DNA from: Curvularia clavata
Taxonomy: Eukaryota
NCBI GenBank assembly: GCA_023920165.1
Contig: CP089279.1
Span: forward strand, 558,001-622,000
Direction of reading: 5' to 3'
DNA length: 64,000 nt
In this document: positions 1-11,803 of the stretch, one piece after another
Numbering within the stretch: the stretch's first letter is position 1
How the letters are laid out: each line of letters opens with the position of its first letter
Translations under genes and position numbers: made by a program
Notes under the pieces: model-generated
The model's database searches: none
What the model saw: the letters and a program-made list of their open reading frames with translations, nothing else
Told to the model about the DNA's origin: nothing

Positions 1-6
1 CTCCCA

Positions 7-805
7 ATGGACTACCAAGCACCTGCTCCCGCTGCCGGCGCCGGTGGTCGTGGCTGCTACAACTGTAAGTTGGACAGCACACCCCCCCAGCACCGCACAA
101 CACATGTCGCCACCATAACCCCGCAATCTACAGGCTACCCAGTCGACAATGATTTTTTCCAAGAATTGAACCTCTCGCCTCAGCCGCATTGCCAACCTCG
201 GAGCCGTTTTTGTTTGCTAACTTGTAATGTCTAGGCGGCGATGCCTCCCACCGTGCGGCCGATTGTCCCACCAAGGGCACCCCAACCTGCTACAACTGTG
301 GCGAGAAGGGTCACGTTAGCCGCGAGTGCACCTCTCCCCAGGCTGAGAAGACTTGCTACCGCTGCGGCGGCACTGGCCACATCTCCCGCGAGTGCACCAA
401 GGACGGCGGTGCTGCCATGGGTGGCCGTGGTGCTGGCAACCAGGAGTGCTACAAGTGCGGCCAGGTTGGTCACATCGCCCGCAACTGCTCTCAGGGAGGC
501 GGCTACGGCAACGGCGGCTTCGGCGGTCGTGGTGGCTATGGCGGCGGTGCCGGCTACGGTGGTGCTCGCCAGACCACCTGCTACTCCTGCGGCGGCTTTG
601 GCCACATGAGCCGTGACTGCACCCAGGGCCAGAAGTGCTACAACTGTAAGCCGACATGACATCAAGCGAATGCGACCATCACTGACTTTTTCTAGGCGGC
701 GAGGTTGGCCATCTCTCCCGCGACTGCCCTCAAGAGACTTCTTCGGAGCGCGTCTGCTACCGCTGCAAGCAGCCTGGCCACGTCCAGAGCGCCTGCCCCA
801 ACTAG
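7..805 (+). CDS. CNBP/Gis2/Byr3-like CCHC zinc-knuckle nucleic-acid-binding protein; exons 7-64, 235-645, 696-805
   Basis: The spliced product has seven CX2CX4HX4C knuckles ([14 protein letters not shown] ... [14 protein letters not shown]) plus a Gly/RGG-rich linker. Introns 65-234 and 646-695 are GTAAG..CTAAC/CTGAC..TAG. Confidence 0.93.
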
Positions 806-1683
806 GTGCTTCCAGGATGCCGTCGATGTTTTGAGAGAGTTTCGATGCACCAGCCTCAGAGATTGCCCCCACCATGACGATTCATCGACATAATTACGAT
901 TTTCCTTCTAGTATATTTACATTCTGCGGCTCGCTGCCGTTTTTTTCAACGCTTCACGAAAAGCATATCGTCGCCCGGGCATGATTGGATGGCCTCTTCG
1001 ATAATCGACAGCTCTGTCAAGGGAGTCAGTTGACCATCGGAAGAAGCCTTGATCCAGGAAGAGCGTTTGGTGGGGGATTCAAAAGTGGGTGGATAGGAGA
1101 AGCGGATCCTTTTTGCGAGCAATGAATGGGGGAAGTGCGTCGTGTGCACTACAGGAGAGTGAGGTTTCTTTTTGGCGGATGGCTAGGCTTTGGGCTTGCG
1201 ATGGTGCAGCCCAGGACTCTGACTGAGGTTGAATAAAGAAACCAGAAAAGTCCCCGCGAATGGATGGGCTCCTTAGCTTATATGTATTGCGCCAATGCTA
1301 TGCACCGTGATGGACATGCGCTAACCTGTATTGACTGGTCGTGTAGGATAACGGACATGCAGTGCTCAGCTGGGTGGGGTGCCACGGAGCTATGGCGGAC
1401 AAATTTAGTGGGCTACGAGCAAGAGGTACAGCAGCGTCGGGGAGGAGGTTAAGCAGCATGGCATGGTGGTTGGCTAGATACTTGAGCTAGCTAAGCGGGG
1501 ATTTGCCAGTGTAATGCAGGGAGTGTGCGATTGCATTGTGTTGTAGTATTTCCAGTCCAGGCTCTGGTGGGACAGAACAGACGTTCGCCAAGCCAAATAC
1601 GCCCGCATGTATTCTTTGACATCCCACCCAACCCCAAACAACGTACAACAAGCGTCATCCGCAACTCGACATAAACACAAGCG

Positions 1684-1708
1684 ACGCGTCAACCGCTGCA
1701 ACACGCGT
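1684..1708. promoter_or_regulatory. Two MluI cell-cycle boxes (ACGCGT) just upstream of CENP-C
   Basis: ACGCGT at 1684-1689 and 1703-1708, 30-55 nt before the ATG at 1739. MCB elements are the established MBF G1/S motif. Confidence 0.6.
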
Positions 1709-1738
1709 GTTCGACCCCATCGATCACTTCCCGGCACA

Positions 1739-4693
1739 ATGGCGCCCCCAAAGAAACGCGAAAATCGCGAAAACAATTATTACAACGTTGGTGTACAGGG
1801 AAGGTATGCATAGACGCTTCGCAACTTTGCGCGCGCATACTTACACTGCGCAGAAAGACAGGTATCACTCTGGCCGACAAAGGCGTTTACGACGAACATG
1901 GCCTCGAACCAATTTCCGGCATCTTCTCGTCACCGGAGAAGTCCCCGCCTAGGCGCACTGGGAACGCGACCGGATCAGAGTCGATGGATATACAGGAAAG
2001 TGCGTTTTTCCCACTGCGCTCACCCGGCGCAATGTTGCGCGCGCAAAAAAGCGCATTCTGACGCCGTAATTAGGTTCCATTCCAGAGTTCACGACGGCAA
2101 GCCAGCTGCGCAACGGTCGACCAAATATCCCTCCCCCTCGAATGTCATCGCCCAAGAAGTTTATGCTAGGTTCTTCGCCGCGACGACAATCCTCCATGGT
2201 GCCCAGGGGAAGCTCGGCCGCCCCTTCGAGTCCCATCCGCGCCTTGTCGCATCCGATAGCGAGAAGGCTCGATTTCGAACAAGACGAGTCCAGCCTGCAG
2301 GAATCACCGGCACTGAGTGGGTCAGGCGCGCGACGCGGAAAGCGTACAAGCGTATATGAAATTCCCGAGGATGGTGAAGAATCCCCGCTGCCAGAGCCAA
2401 GCGCAATGCTAGAAGAGAGTATTGTGCAACAAGAAATTACAGAGAACGAGGATTCTGCAGTTCTCGCAGAGCAGAGTCTTTTTGCGCAGATTGAAGAAGA
2501 ATCAGTGGCGGATGCCGAGGATATCGAGGAAGTGGCTGAGCAAGAAGAGTCGGAAATCACCCCAGAACCTGTAAAACAGCCGGCCAAGAGGGGCAGGAAG
2601 CGGAAGAGCGAAGCTGTAGACACTCCAGAGGGGCAGGAAGCAGTTACAGAAAAACCACGGAAACGTGGACCCGGTGCGCAATCAACAGAGTCACAGAAAG
2701 GCAAAAAGAGTGCGACTGCGTCAACTGCCCCACCACGAAGATCCCAACGTGTTTCTGATGTCAGCGAACTGGAAGCCAATGCCAGCGAAGTACCTGCCGA
2801 TACTACCTTGGATCAACCTGAAGATATACCTGTGGCACCGAAACGTCGAGGACGCCCGCCACGCGCACAGGCTGCCGCAGAGAAGGAGAATACAGGGTCA
2901 ACAAAAACAGCAAAGAATGCAGTTGCGAAAGACAAGGAGGAAGAAGCATTCAAAAAGCCTGCAAAGCCTCCGGGTAGACCCAAAGCCAATCCCGAGGCCA
3001 AAGCCAAGCCAGGACCCAAACCAAAAGAGAGCTCACAAGCGAAATCAAAAGAGAAGACGCCCCTGGATGACGAAGCTGCTGGCAAACTCGTCGATGTCTA
3101 TGGCAACCCACTCAGTAAACATGACATTGACCAGATGTCCACCACATCAGCCGGCTCAAGATTCGGCCGTGGGCGACATTTGTCAGTCTTCCGAGAAATT
3201 GACCCAGAAAACGTTGCCCGTGTTGGACGAACCGGCCGGCATCGTGTTGCACCAATTGATTTCTGGAAGAACGATCACATTTCGTATGACGTTGACGGCA
3301 GCATGACATCGATTGTGAAGAGTGCGGCGGTAGAAGAGACGCGGCGACAAACAAAGAAGTATAACTCCAAGAGCAAGAAGAAGAAACTTGCTGCAGTAGA
3401 AGAGGAAGAGATTGAGCTCGATCCTTGGGAGGAGAACGATGGTAGGCTTGTAGGCAACTACAAAGGCTACGATCCTGTCACTCAGAGCGCGTCAGACGAG
3501 ATTATTGAGGATGGTAAGTCATGTCTTGCACGCATAATGAAGCTCTGGCTAATTTGCAATAGATATTGCATGGGCAGACAAGGGCATTCAACCTCGAGAA
3601 GTCGGCGATGGGGGCTTCAAATTTGCAAAGATTGGATCCAGTGGTTCCTTTTTCAACTGGGGTATCATTGAGCTGGGCCCTGACCAGATGAAGCGAACAA
3701 AGAACTCGCGCTTCATGCACATGGTCTTCCACGTACAGTCTGGCACTGTCGAAGTCCGTGTTCACGAGAACGAGTTTACCATACACAAGCATGGTATCTG
3801 GCAAGTTCCACGAGGTACGTTGACTCTTCCGTTTTCCTTAGCTTCTATCCGTCTTTCTGTCTAGCCCATTCCTTCTTAACCGGTCACTTCGCTTTTCTTT
3901 CTCTCTGTAATTCCTTTTTCCCACCCTTTCCGCGCCTGGCTGTACGACCGCCGTCAATTTACGCTCGAACGCCCAGCCGGCATGTTGCATACAGCCCCAT
4001 GGGCGTTATGCAACGTCACACTGCCTTGGTGCGCCAGGAACACATACACACAACAAAAGCCGCACATCGGCCGGGGCCGAAGATGTGCCAAGCGAGTCAA
4101 ACGGTTGCCAAAATGCCGCCAGTCATGGGTTGCAGAAGGCTACTGCTGTTGCGTGGATACACTGCATGCTGCGTTGCTACTTGCTAGACACCATGCATGT
4201 TGTCCCCGTTTTTTTTTTCAAACTCGCTTGTTGAGGCCAATCTGTCGTTTGGGGCGGCTACCGCGCGCGTGCAGTCGGTTGGCCAACTGCCAATTGCCAA
4301 CGAAGACCTCTCCCCCCAACGAACGCCTTGTACCCTTTTTTTCTTCTTTTGGCAGCCCCGTTTCTTTGCCCTGCTCCTCCCCTCTTTTTATACTTTTCTT
4401 CTTTTCTACGTACCTGTCGCCCTTGGCGCGTTTGCCGTAGCCTTCCCTGCCTCTATCCCCTTTTCTCGTACCACCCTGCATACGCTTTCTGATTGGCTCA
4501 ATCGCCATCTCTAAGTCACATACACATACACATGCAGAAGAACATTCTTTTACTCTTCGTTGAACAAAAGCTAACGCATACGCTTTGTTTCTTTTTCACA
4601 GGAAATACATACAGCATCAGGAATATCGGCAGTACCACGGCGCGAGTCTTTTTCGCGCAGGCAAAGGAGAAGCCCGTCGAGTTGGAGGAGTAG
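1739..4693 (+). CDS. MIF2: Centromere protein CENP-C/Mif2; exons 1739-1803, 1854-1999, 2074-3513, 3563-3814, 4602-4693
   Basis: N-terminal Mif2_N-like RKTGITL..DEHGLEPISGIFSSP, AT-hook KRRGRPPR, CENP-C motif RTGRHRVAPIDFWKND, and a C-terminal cupin (KRTKNSRFMHMVFHVQSG...WQVPRG|NTYSIRN...ARVFFAQ). All introns are GT-AG and in frame. The last intron is 787 nt. Confidence 0.92.
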
Positions 4694-7600
4694 TTTGTTG
4701 TTAGTTGTTGATCAACGGAACCAAAGGGGTTTTTTGTGGGGAGAGATATGCAGCGTTCGGCTTTTTATAGGGAAACCGGGTCCTTACAACTATGTGTATA
4801 CGTTACTTGTTTCTTTTTCTCGTATGCTCTACCACGTACGTGTGTATGTGTGTTGGATACATACGTGGACGGGGGGCGACATGGGGACTGTTGATATCCA
4901 ATGCTGTGGGAAATGCAGAGTTCTTCTTCTCCTTCTCCTTCTCCCTCTCCCTTCCCTACCTTTGTCTCTCCTGGGTACTTGCGTGCTTGCTTTTTTCACC
5001 TACGTTCAGACACCTCTAGAAACCAGCGGTGTAATGTACGACTGACTCACTGACTGTATAACGCTCTTTTTTTTTGTATGTGTGTGTGACTCTTCAGGGC
5101 GGTCAAGTCGTGCAGACATGCATACTTTTTTGTTGGCCTTTCCCTTCTATCCGCTTCCTCTTTCTCGCTTTTCGCCTTCCTACCTCTCCTCCCCTCCCCG
5201 CCATTTTCGTCTGCATATTCACTGCCGTCGGCGCTGTTATCAGTACTAGTACTTCCTTTCCTCTTTTGCGGTCGGATTCATCTATCTACGCGCCCAAGTG
5301 GGTCCCTTCTTCTTACTCAGCGAGGAAGGTGTTTATGTAGATTAACCTAGATATGCTAATGTCTCCACAATCCGGGTTCATTTTCTGGATTAAGTATTTT
5401 GGGGGATTGGCGCTTCGAGCGCCTCGTGAGGAATGTGTGGTATAGAGAAGGAGAGGGCAGGAGAGTATTGGAGTAGGTATGGGTTAATATAGGGTGTTAA
5501 TTTGGGGTAAGAATTGGGGTAGGTCAGAATATCCGATACATGTACTCTCTCATCCTCGCCGTCCCTTTGTGTATGTGTATGTGTTGGGCAAAGTGATGAC
5601 ACTTTTCTACAATGTAAAAGAAATTGGGATACATGTTGTGACTTCGTGGACACTTTACCGTCCGAGCTCTCATTCTGAGAAAGCGGGATAAGTAGGTAAG
5701 GTCTTTCGGTGAGTGTGACAAGGGGAGTGAAGTAAAATGTATGAATGCTATATCAACTAAGAGGGGCGGGCGGATGTAAGGTAAGTCCTGGCGTAGAGTA
5801 AGGAAAAATCTAGCATGTACGGGGTGCGGGTTTCTTTTCTCAGAGGGGTGGGAGATCTGAAGGAGTGTTGGTATGCGTGTTTGTACGTTTGATTTCTGAC
5901 ATGTACTACTTTTCCTTCTCTTTCTAAACCAATAATTGCGGTACATATGGGACTTTTAAAGGGAGGGTTTGGGCAATACGCATTACTCCCGTTCTCATTA
6001 CTATACACTCATGAAGTTAGGAAACGGGTGGTATTGCTGATACTCAATGTCCTTGTTGAGTGACAGAGTGGCTACAACGAATCTGCCGAATTATCAAGCA
6101 TATCTATCAATTCATAGATGTGTACCACCGCCTTGTCCTTGTATAAGGCTTAGGAACTCATTCATCACCTCTGCACTGCATCTCCATAGCCAAAGCAGTG
6201 TGAATCGCTCTCCTTATATTCAACCATCTAATCCAAGCCCGAGATGTCCTCAAACTCATCCAAAATCCCATTCCTTGCCCTCAACACCACAACCTCCTCA
6301 TCCCAAATTCAAGTGTCCATCCAGCCACGAATATAAATCTCCACCCAGCCACCTAGCTACGTTCTTGCATTCTACATTCTGCAATGCATCTTTGCACATG
6401 CGCCACAATCTTCCAGAACCCACCATTCCACCAGCTAAAAAACCCAACCATCATGCTGTCAGCAAAGACACGGCTGGTGTCAATCTACACAAGCGGTGAG
6501 CCCATTAGTCCCAGCCCGTCCATCTCGCCTGCTGCGCAAACCACACCGATTCTCTTGTCAAAAAAAAAAGAAGCCATCACTAACTCATAGATTGGCAACC
6601 ACCAAATGGGGCAGTGATAAACGAACGTCAGAGTAGTGTTTGAGTTCAGCTACAATGGGTAGTCGGGAACACGGGATGGTGTACTCTGTAGTTTAGGCGG
6701 TGAGAAGCGGTGTAGAAGGCGACGGACGGGCCCTGCATCATCAATTGTAATCGACTAGCAAGTACCATGATCGTTCCTGACATGGTTTGTCCGGTGAAGA
6801 TGGGGACCCATCGACTACAAACTACGTGATCCTTGTTGTTTGAACTAAAGACGCAATAGAGAGGATGTGTTGTAGAGGGAAAAAATTACAAGCCGCCGGA
6901 CCCGACAGTCGAGGCGGACCTGGACTGGACTTGGTGAAGGTTAGTGCCTGGGGCACGTGTGCATGGTTGTCTCTTGCTTAGTAGTGTTTAGTTCGCGCGT
7001 GGCTTGTTTGTAGTAGTGCACCTTCTGGTGGCGTCTCTAGAGAGAGAGAGCGATGATGAGAGGGGCGTTCTGGTGACACGCGCCATGGTGTGTCTTTAGC
7101 AAGAAGAACTTGACACAATGAAGGGCAACTGTCATTGTTGCAAGACAGCCCTATGGGTGGGTGTTCGAAACGGGTGTAATTTTGATTTCTTCCCTGTCCA
7201 AACCAAACGAAACGAGCCAACGCTCTACGAGGCACTCTTTTTTGAATTTGGCTGCCTCAGTCATCAAAGGTCAAACATACGCAAGTGGATTTGACTCTAG
7301 GTAGTGGTTTCATTCGCGAGGATGACAGCACAGCACACCAAGAGCTGCTTTGGCTGTGGAGTAGGCTGGGTCTGGGAGGTGCGCACAGCGCGAAATAATG
7401 TCCATGCTGCCAGCTCTTCATGTCACGAGGATGACCTCGCATAAGCAGTTGGTCGCCGTCTACTAGTCCGGCGGTTGACGACATTTCTTTTCAGGTAACG
7501 GTAAAGGCCGGCCGTGGTAGAAGGGTACTAGTACTACTAGAGGTGCATGAATCACGGTGAAATTGGGGCGTGGACAGATTCGGCAGCTTAGCGGCGATAT

Positions 7601-9110
7601 TCCTGACTAAGTTCCGATGAACTGGCAGCGAACTACTCGATCGGCGACATCTGGCAAAGCGCTACACTGGTGCTATTGTTAGTCCATGTACAGAAGGGGG
7701 AGAGGGATTTGGCATGTAACGCGGGATTGGTGTTTCATGTGCGACTGCCGGGGCGTATGTAAGAAGTTTTAGTCGGGTGGCCCGTTGCATTGTGCCGAAC
7801 AGCAATGCTTTTAATGCAAGTGGCACGTTGGGGGCCTGAGTAGGAAGGTGTCTACAGCTGGGGTGCCGCGGCTTTTGTTTGGGAAAAGCATGCTCTGCGA
7901 CGCCTCAGGTTGTGTTGTGCGGGCAAGACGAGCAGTGTGGTTGTGCTCAGAACATGGGCATGCAGTACATGGACAAATACAGACGCACGGGTCGGATGCA
8001 TGTAGTCGGGGATAGGGCTGGCGCCAGGCCAAAATTTGCCCGTTACGAGGCCGAAATTGGAACGGACAATGGGTGCATGTTTCCTACGGGCGCTAGGGTA
8101 GGCGCCAAAAAAAAAGGGCTGGCGAGGAGCAGGAGGTTGCAAACGTGTGGGTAGGAACGGCATACCGAGCCATGGTTCATGACTGATGCAGGTTCGTGGG
8201 TGGCCCTAGTTTGCATGGAACGGTTTTCGAATCGCGTGCCCCTTGGTGGGTTCCGGCCGTGAGGCAATGATCATCGATCCCGGGCGATCAGAAATCCCGT
8301 CTTTGGACCTCTGTCGGGGCATGCCTACAGGGAGCGGAGAACGGGAATCATGGCAATGAGGCCACGGGCAACGAAAAGGGGAGGGATGCCGCCCGGAGCG
8401 GTGGGCTAGGGGCGGGCAATGGTCATGTGACGTATGCAAGTGCACAAGGTTCGGTTGGCCAGGACGGGAACGCCCTGGTTAGCGAGCGAGGAAAGCCAGG
8501 CAGAGCCGCTGGCGAACCTGAACATGAGCTGAAGAGGAGTTGTGTGTCGTCATGTGTGTGTGTGGCATGAGTCGCATTTGGCGAACAGGTGGGAGATTCG
8601 ATTTTGGCCGCATTAGGAAGGCTTCTCGAAGCCACGCACGACCAGGGGGCGGCACCGACGCCTGTGCAGTGGTGTGTGGCCTTGGGCACACGCACCAGCG
8701 TCCCGTGCGCGGCTTTTTTCATCTTCTATTTCGCTTATTGTGTACTTTGTGTGGACAGTGCGAGTCGTGCGCACAGAGTCAGATAGCACATGGCCATGCA
8801 CAGGCGGACTGAGCGGTGACGAGTGCTTGGTCATTGGCAGATGGATAGTTGGTGGAATGCGAACCGCAACAGGCGTGTGTGCAGGGCCGATGCCGAAGAG
8901 AGGGCGACCGGGCACCCGAGGCAGAGCATGTCGCAGGTGGGTGGTGTTCGCGTAGTGTTGCACGCATTGATTGCGATGTTCGTGTATGACGAACAAGGCT
9001 GGGCTGGGCGTCGGGGTGGTTGGGTTGGGGAACGGGCGACGGGTATGCCGTGCAAGGGCTACTGTCATGCTAGCGGCCTTCTAGAACAAATGGTCGAAGG
9101 ACCAGGGCTG

Positions 9111-9146
9111 CAAGGCTGGCAAGGCTGGCAAGGCTGGCAAGGCTGG
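9111..9146. repeat. 9-bp tandem repeat (CAAGGCTGG)x4
   Basis: Four perfect units read directly from the sequence. Confidence 0.9.
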
Positions 9147-11803
9147 CCTGACGCCCAGGGCACAAAGCTCGCTCTTGTTGACTAGGCTGTTTCAACCCCG
9201 TTGGCCAGTACGGCGTCGTCGTCGTAGTCGTCGTGGTGGTGGTGCTGTCATGGCCGAACGCGCGCCTGGGGCCGGGGATGCGTGAGCACATGTAAGAAGC
9301 ACCAAAAGAAACGACGCAGCCAGCAAAGTAAAAAAGAAAACGCCAGCGAGACAGTCAGTGGCTGCTGTGGTGGTGGCCAAAAGAAAGACGACGCCACCGG
9401 ACATGGGATGACATGGGATGGCATGGCATAGCATGGGAGGTGTGATATCGATAAGCCCTACACAGGTCAAACACAGGCCAACGCCGGCGGCGCTCCTTTT
9501 CTTTTGCTTTTGCGGGGCCGACGAGCGCCAGAACCATGACACACACATTGCACAAGAATAGCAAAGGACCATGCACACACACTCACACGCACCCATCCAC
9601 GTCATGCAAGGACAGCGAACCGTTCATGCAACCCGCACTTGCTTCCCTTTTCTCTCTCGTCGCCCAATCGCCCGCCCGCCTCGTGCCCTCCCCACCCAAG
9701 TGGACCCAGAAAAAAACGCGCGCGTGGACCCATTGGGCCAACGCACTGCTACACCCTCCCACATGCTCCCAAACAAAAAAATACTCCAAACACACGACCG
9801 ACTTGCTAACTGGCGTCGGAAAATTTTTCATCATCCGTCCTGCTCTGGCGCTGCTTGCTCCCAGTTCTGACTCCACACACCCCTGCCACTTTCTAGCGGT
9901 GACAGCCACCCCTCAGCGTCGGCCACGTAGACAGCTGCTTGACCGCACTTCTCGACTCTGCCACTTTGCCCGCCTTGTTACGTCATCAGCGCCCCAGCTA
10001 AAGGCCCTACCCGGCCAAGTAAACGCCAGTCTGGGGTAGACGAGAACCACCGTACCTTGCTCCATCCATCCATCCAACTTGTCTGTCCATGTGCTGTATG
10101 GGTGTGTGACTATTCTAACAGAGCGGTGGGAGGCTGCTTCTTCACCGCCACATTCTGCTCTCTTCCCCTCCTTTTCTGCAAGGGAAATGCCTGACTACAT
10201 GGCATTTGCTGGGGGGGACGTGTTCACTGTTGGGCTTCTGCGAGGGGGGGAGGGCGAAGCAAAAAGAAGGGCAGAGAAACTGAGACTGCGTCGATTAGAG
10301 AGGAATTGACTCTCCTGACATACGTGTGCACGACGTTGGGCTGGTATGGAATCGTGCATCATGGTCGTCGTGTTGTCCTGCAGAGCAACTACCTCGTTGC
10401 AGCAGAAGAGATTCTAGTACCTTCTGTTTAGATTCCCGAAACAGAGGGAGGGGGCGTTTCCCCCAAAGCAAAGACGTTGCAAACACACACAAGGAAAAGA
10501 AAAACTGTAGTTTGAACACTTGCAAATGAAACATGAACAGCATCATACGAGAGTGGCGAACATGTTCTATGTCAATTAAATCTGTAGACCGTTTAACACA
10601 ACAGCCATGGAACAACCGTCTATCTGAGCAAAGAAAGGAAACTAGACCCCGTCATGGTGGTACCACACAAACTCAAAACGCACAATCATTAATCTAGTCC
10701 AACTACCCACCAGCCAACCATCCATCTTGCCGAGACACACGCTGATGCAGATGATTGGAAAAAAGCACACAAAAGCCAAAATAACAAAATAGGGGGGGTG
10801 TGAGTGAGAGAGGGAACAACAAAAGAACCAGCCAAAAACCAAGCGCTAATGCTGTGTTTTCCCGCAAATGCCCAATAAGAAAAGAGACTAGAGAAAACAA
10901 TGCAAGACTGGAAGAGAAAAGAAAAAGGAACAGGTAGGAAGATGAACCGTAGAAAAGCAAAAAGAAAACAGGATATAGTAGACAAAAAACCGTACACACA
11001 CCACCACCCTACCCACGCTAAATGCCAAAATAAACCATCATAAATCTTTGCATAAACGGGTGGTGAAGGGAAAAAAAGAGGGGGGCGGGAGACAGAAGAG
11101 ACAAAAAAGGGATGGAGAAGAAGACATCCATCCCCTCCGATCCATATTCTGTCCCTCCATCCACAACCCCCCTTGAACCCCACCAATGCCTGAGCTGGTC
11201 TTTCCCTGATCTAAAAAGTTCCTTCTTTCTTTCTTCGTATGTATGTGCCGTCATCCGTATGGGCCAGGCGTGAGACCTCATGTTGTGTGGGTAGTAAGGT
11301 AGGTCCGGCTGTCACCCAACCCCCCCACCCATCCACTCTGCACCACGCGACGCCCTTTAACCCTTTCCCAAGCTCCTTGAAAACAAACGTCTTCTCCTTC
11401 TTCTTGCACCCTCCTCCTTCTCCCAAGTCTTATCTTGCGCCAGTGTAATGAATTCCCAGACTCCTCCTTCCATACCCCCACCCCCCAAACCCTACCCTTC
11501 ATTACGGTGCCTGCCCGAATTTGCTACTTTGGTTCTGCGCGAAGCAGCACCAAAACGCCATGTGTATATGTGAACGTCAAGTACAAAAAACAAAACAAAA
11601 CAATCAATCAAATAAAACAAACAAGTCTATCCCAGGTTTTTTGCCAAAACATCTAATGTAAAAGAAATTCGTCTTTTGCGTTAGAGAAACAAAGCGGATG
11701 ATGCTGCTAATCGATGCTGGTGACGTAGATGGTGCCCACCATCTCATTCACTTCTCTCAACTACTCTTTCGTCGTTGTCCTAGTTCTTTCTTTAACTCTT
11801 GTC

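Noticed and set aside
231..875. Long antisense ORFs over real genes (also 1949-2779, 32441-33112, 50076-50696, 56726-57529)
   Set aside because: Shadow ORFs caused by codon bias of the opposite-strand CDS.
1245..1420. GAAAAGTCCCCG resembles the RNase MRP CR-I/P4 motif
   Set aside because: No GARAR P8 loop and no properly complementary CR-V downstream. It lies next to AATAAA in the CNBP 3' end region.
7053..7260. C/D snoRNA starting at ATGATGA
   Set aside because: No CTGA D box at a suitable distance and no recognisable rRNA guide.
7800..11500. Many overlapping 60-170 aa ORFs
   Set aside because: Low-complexity translations in several frames on both strands, with no domain motifs or consistent intron structure.
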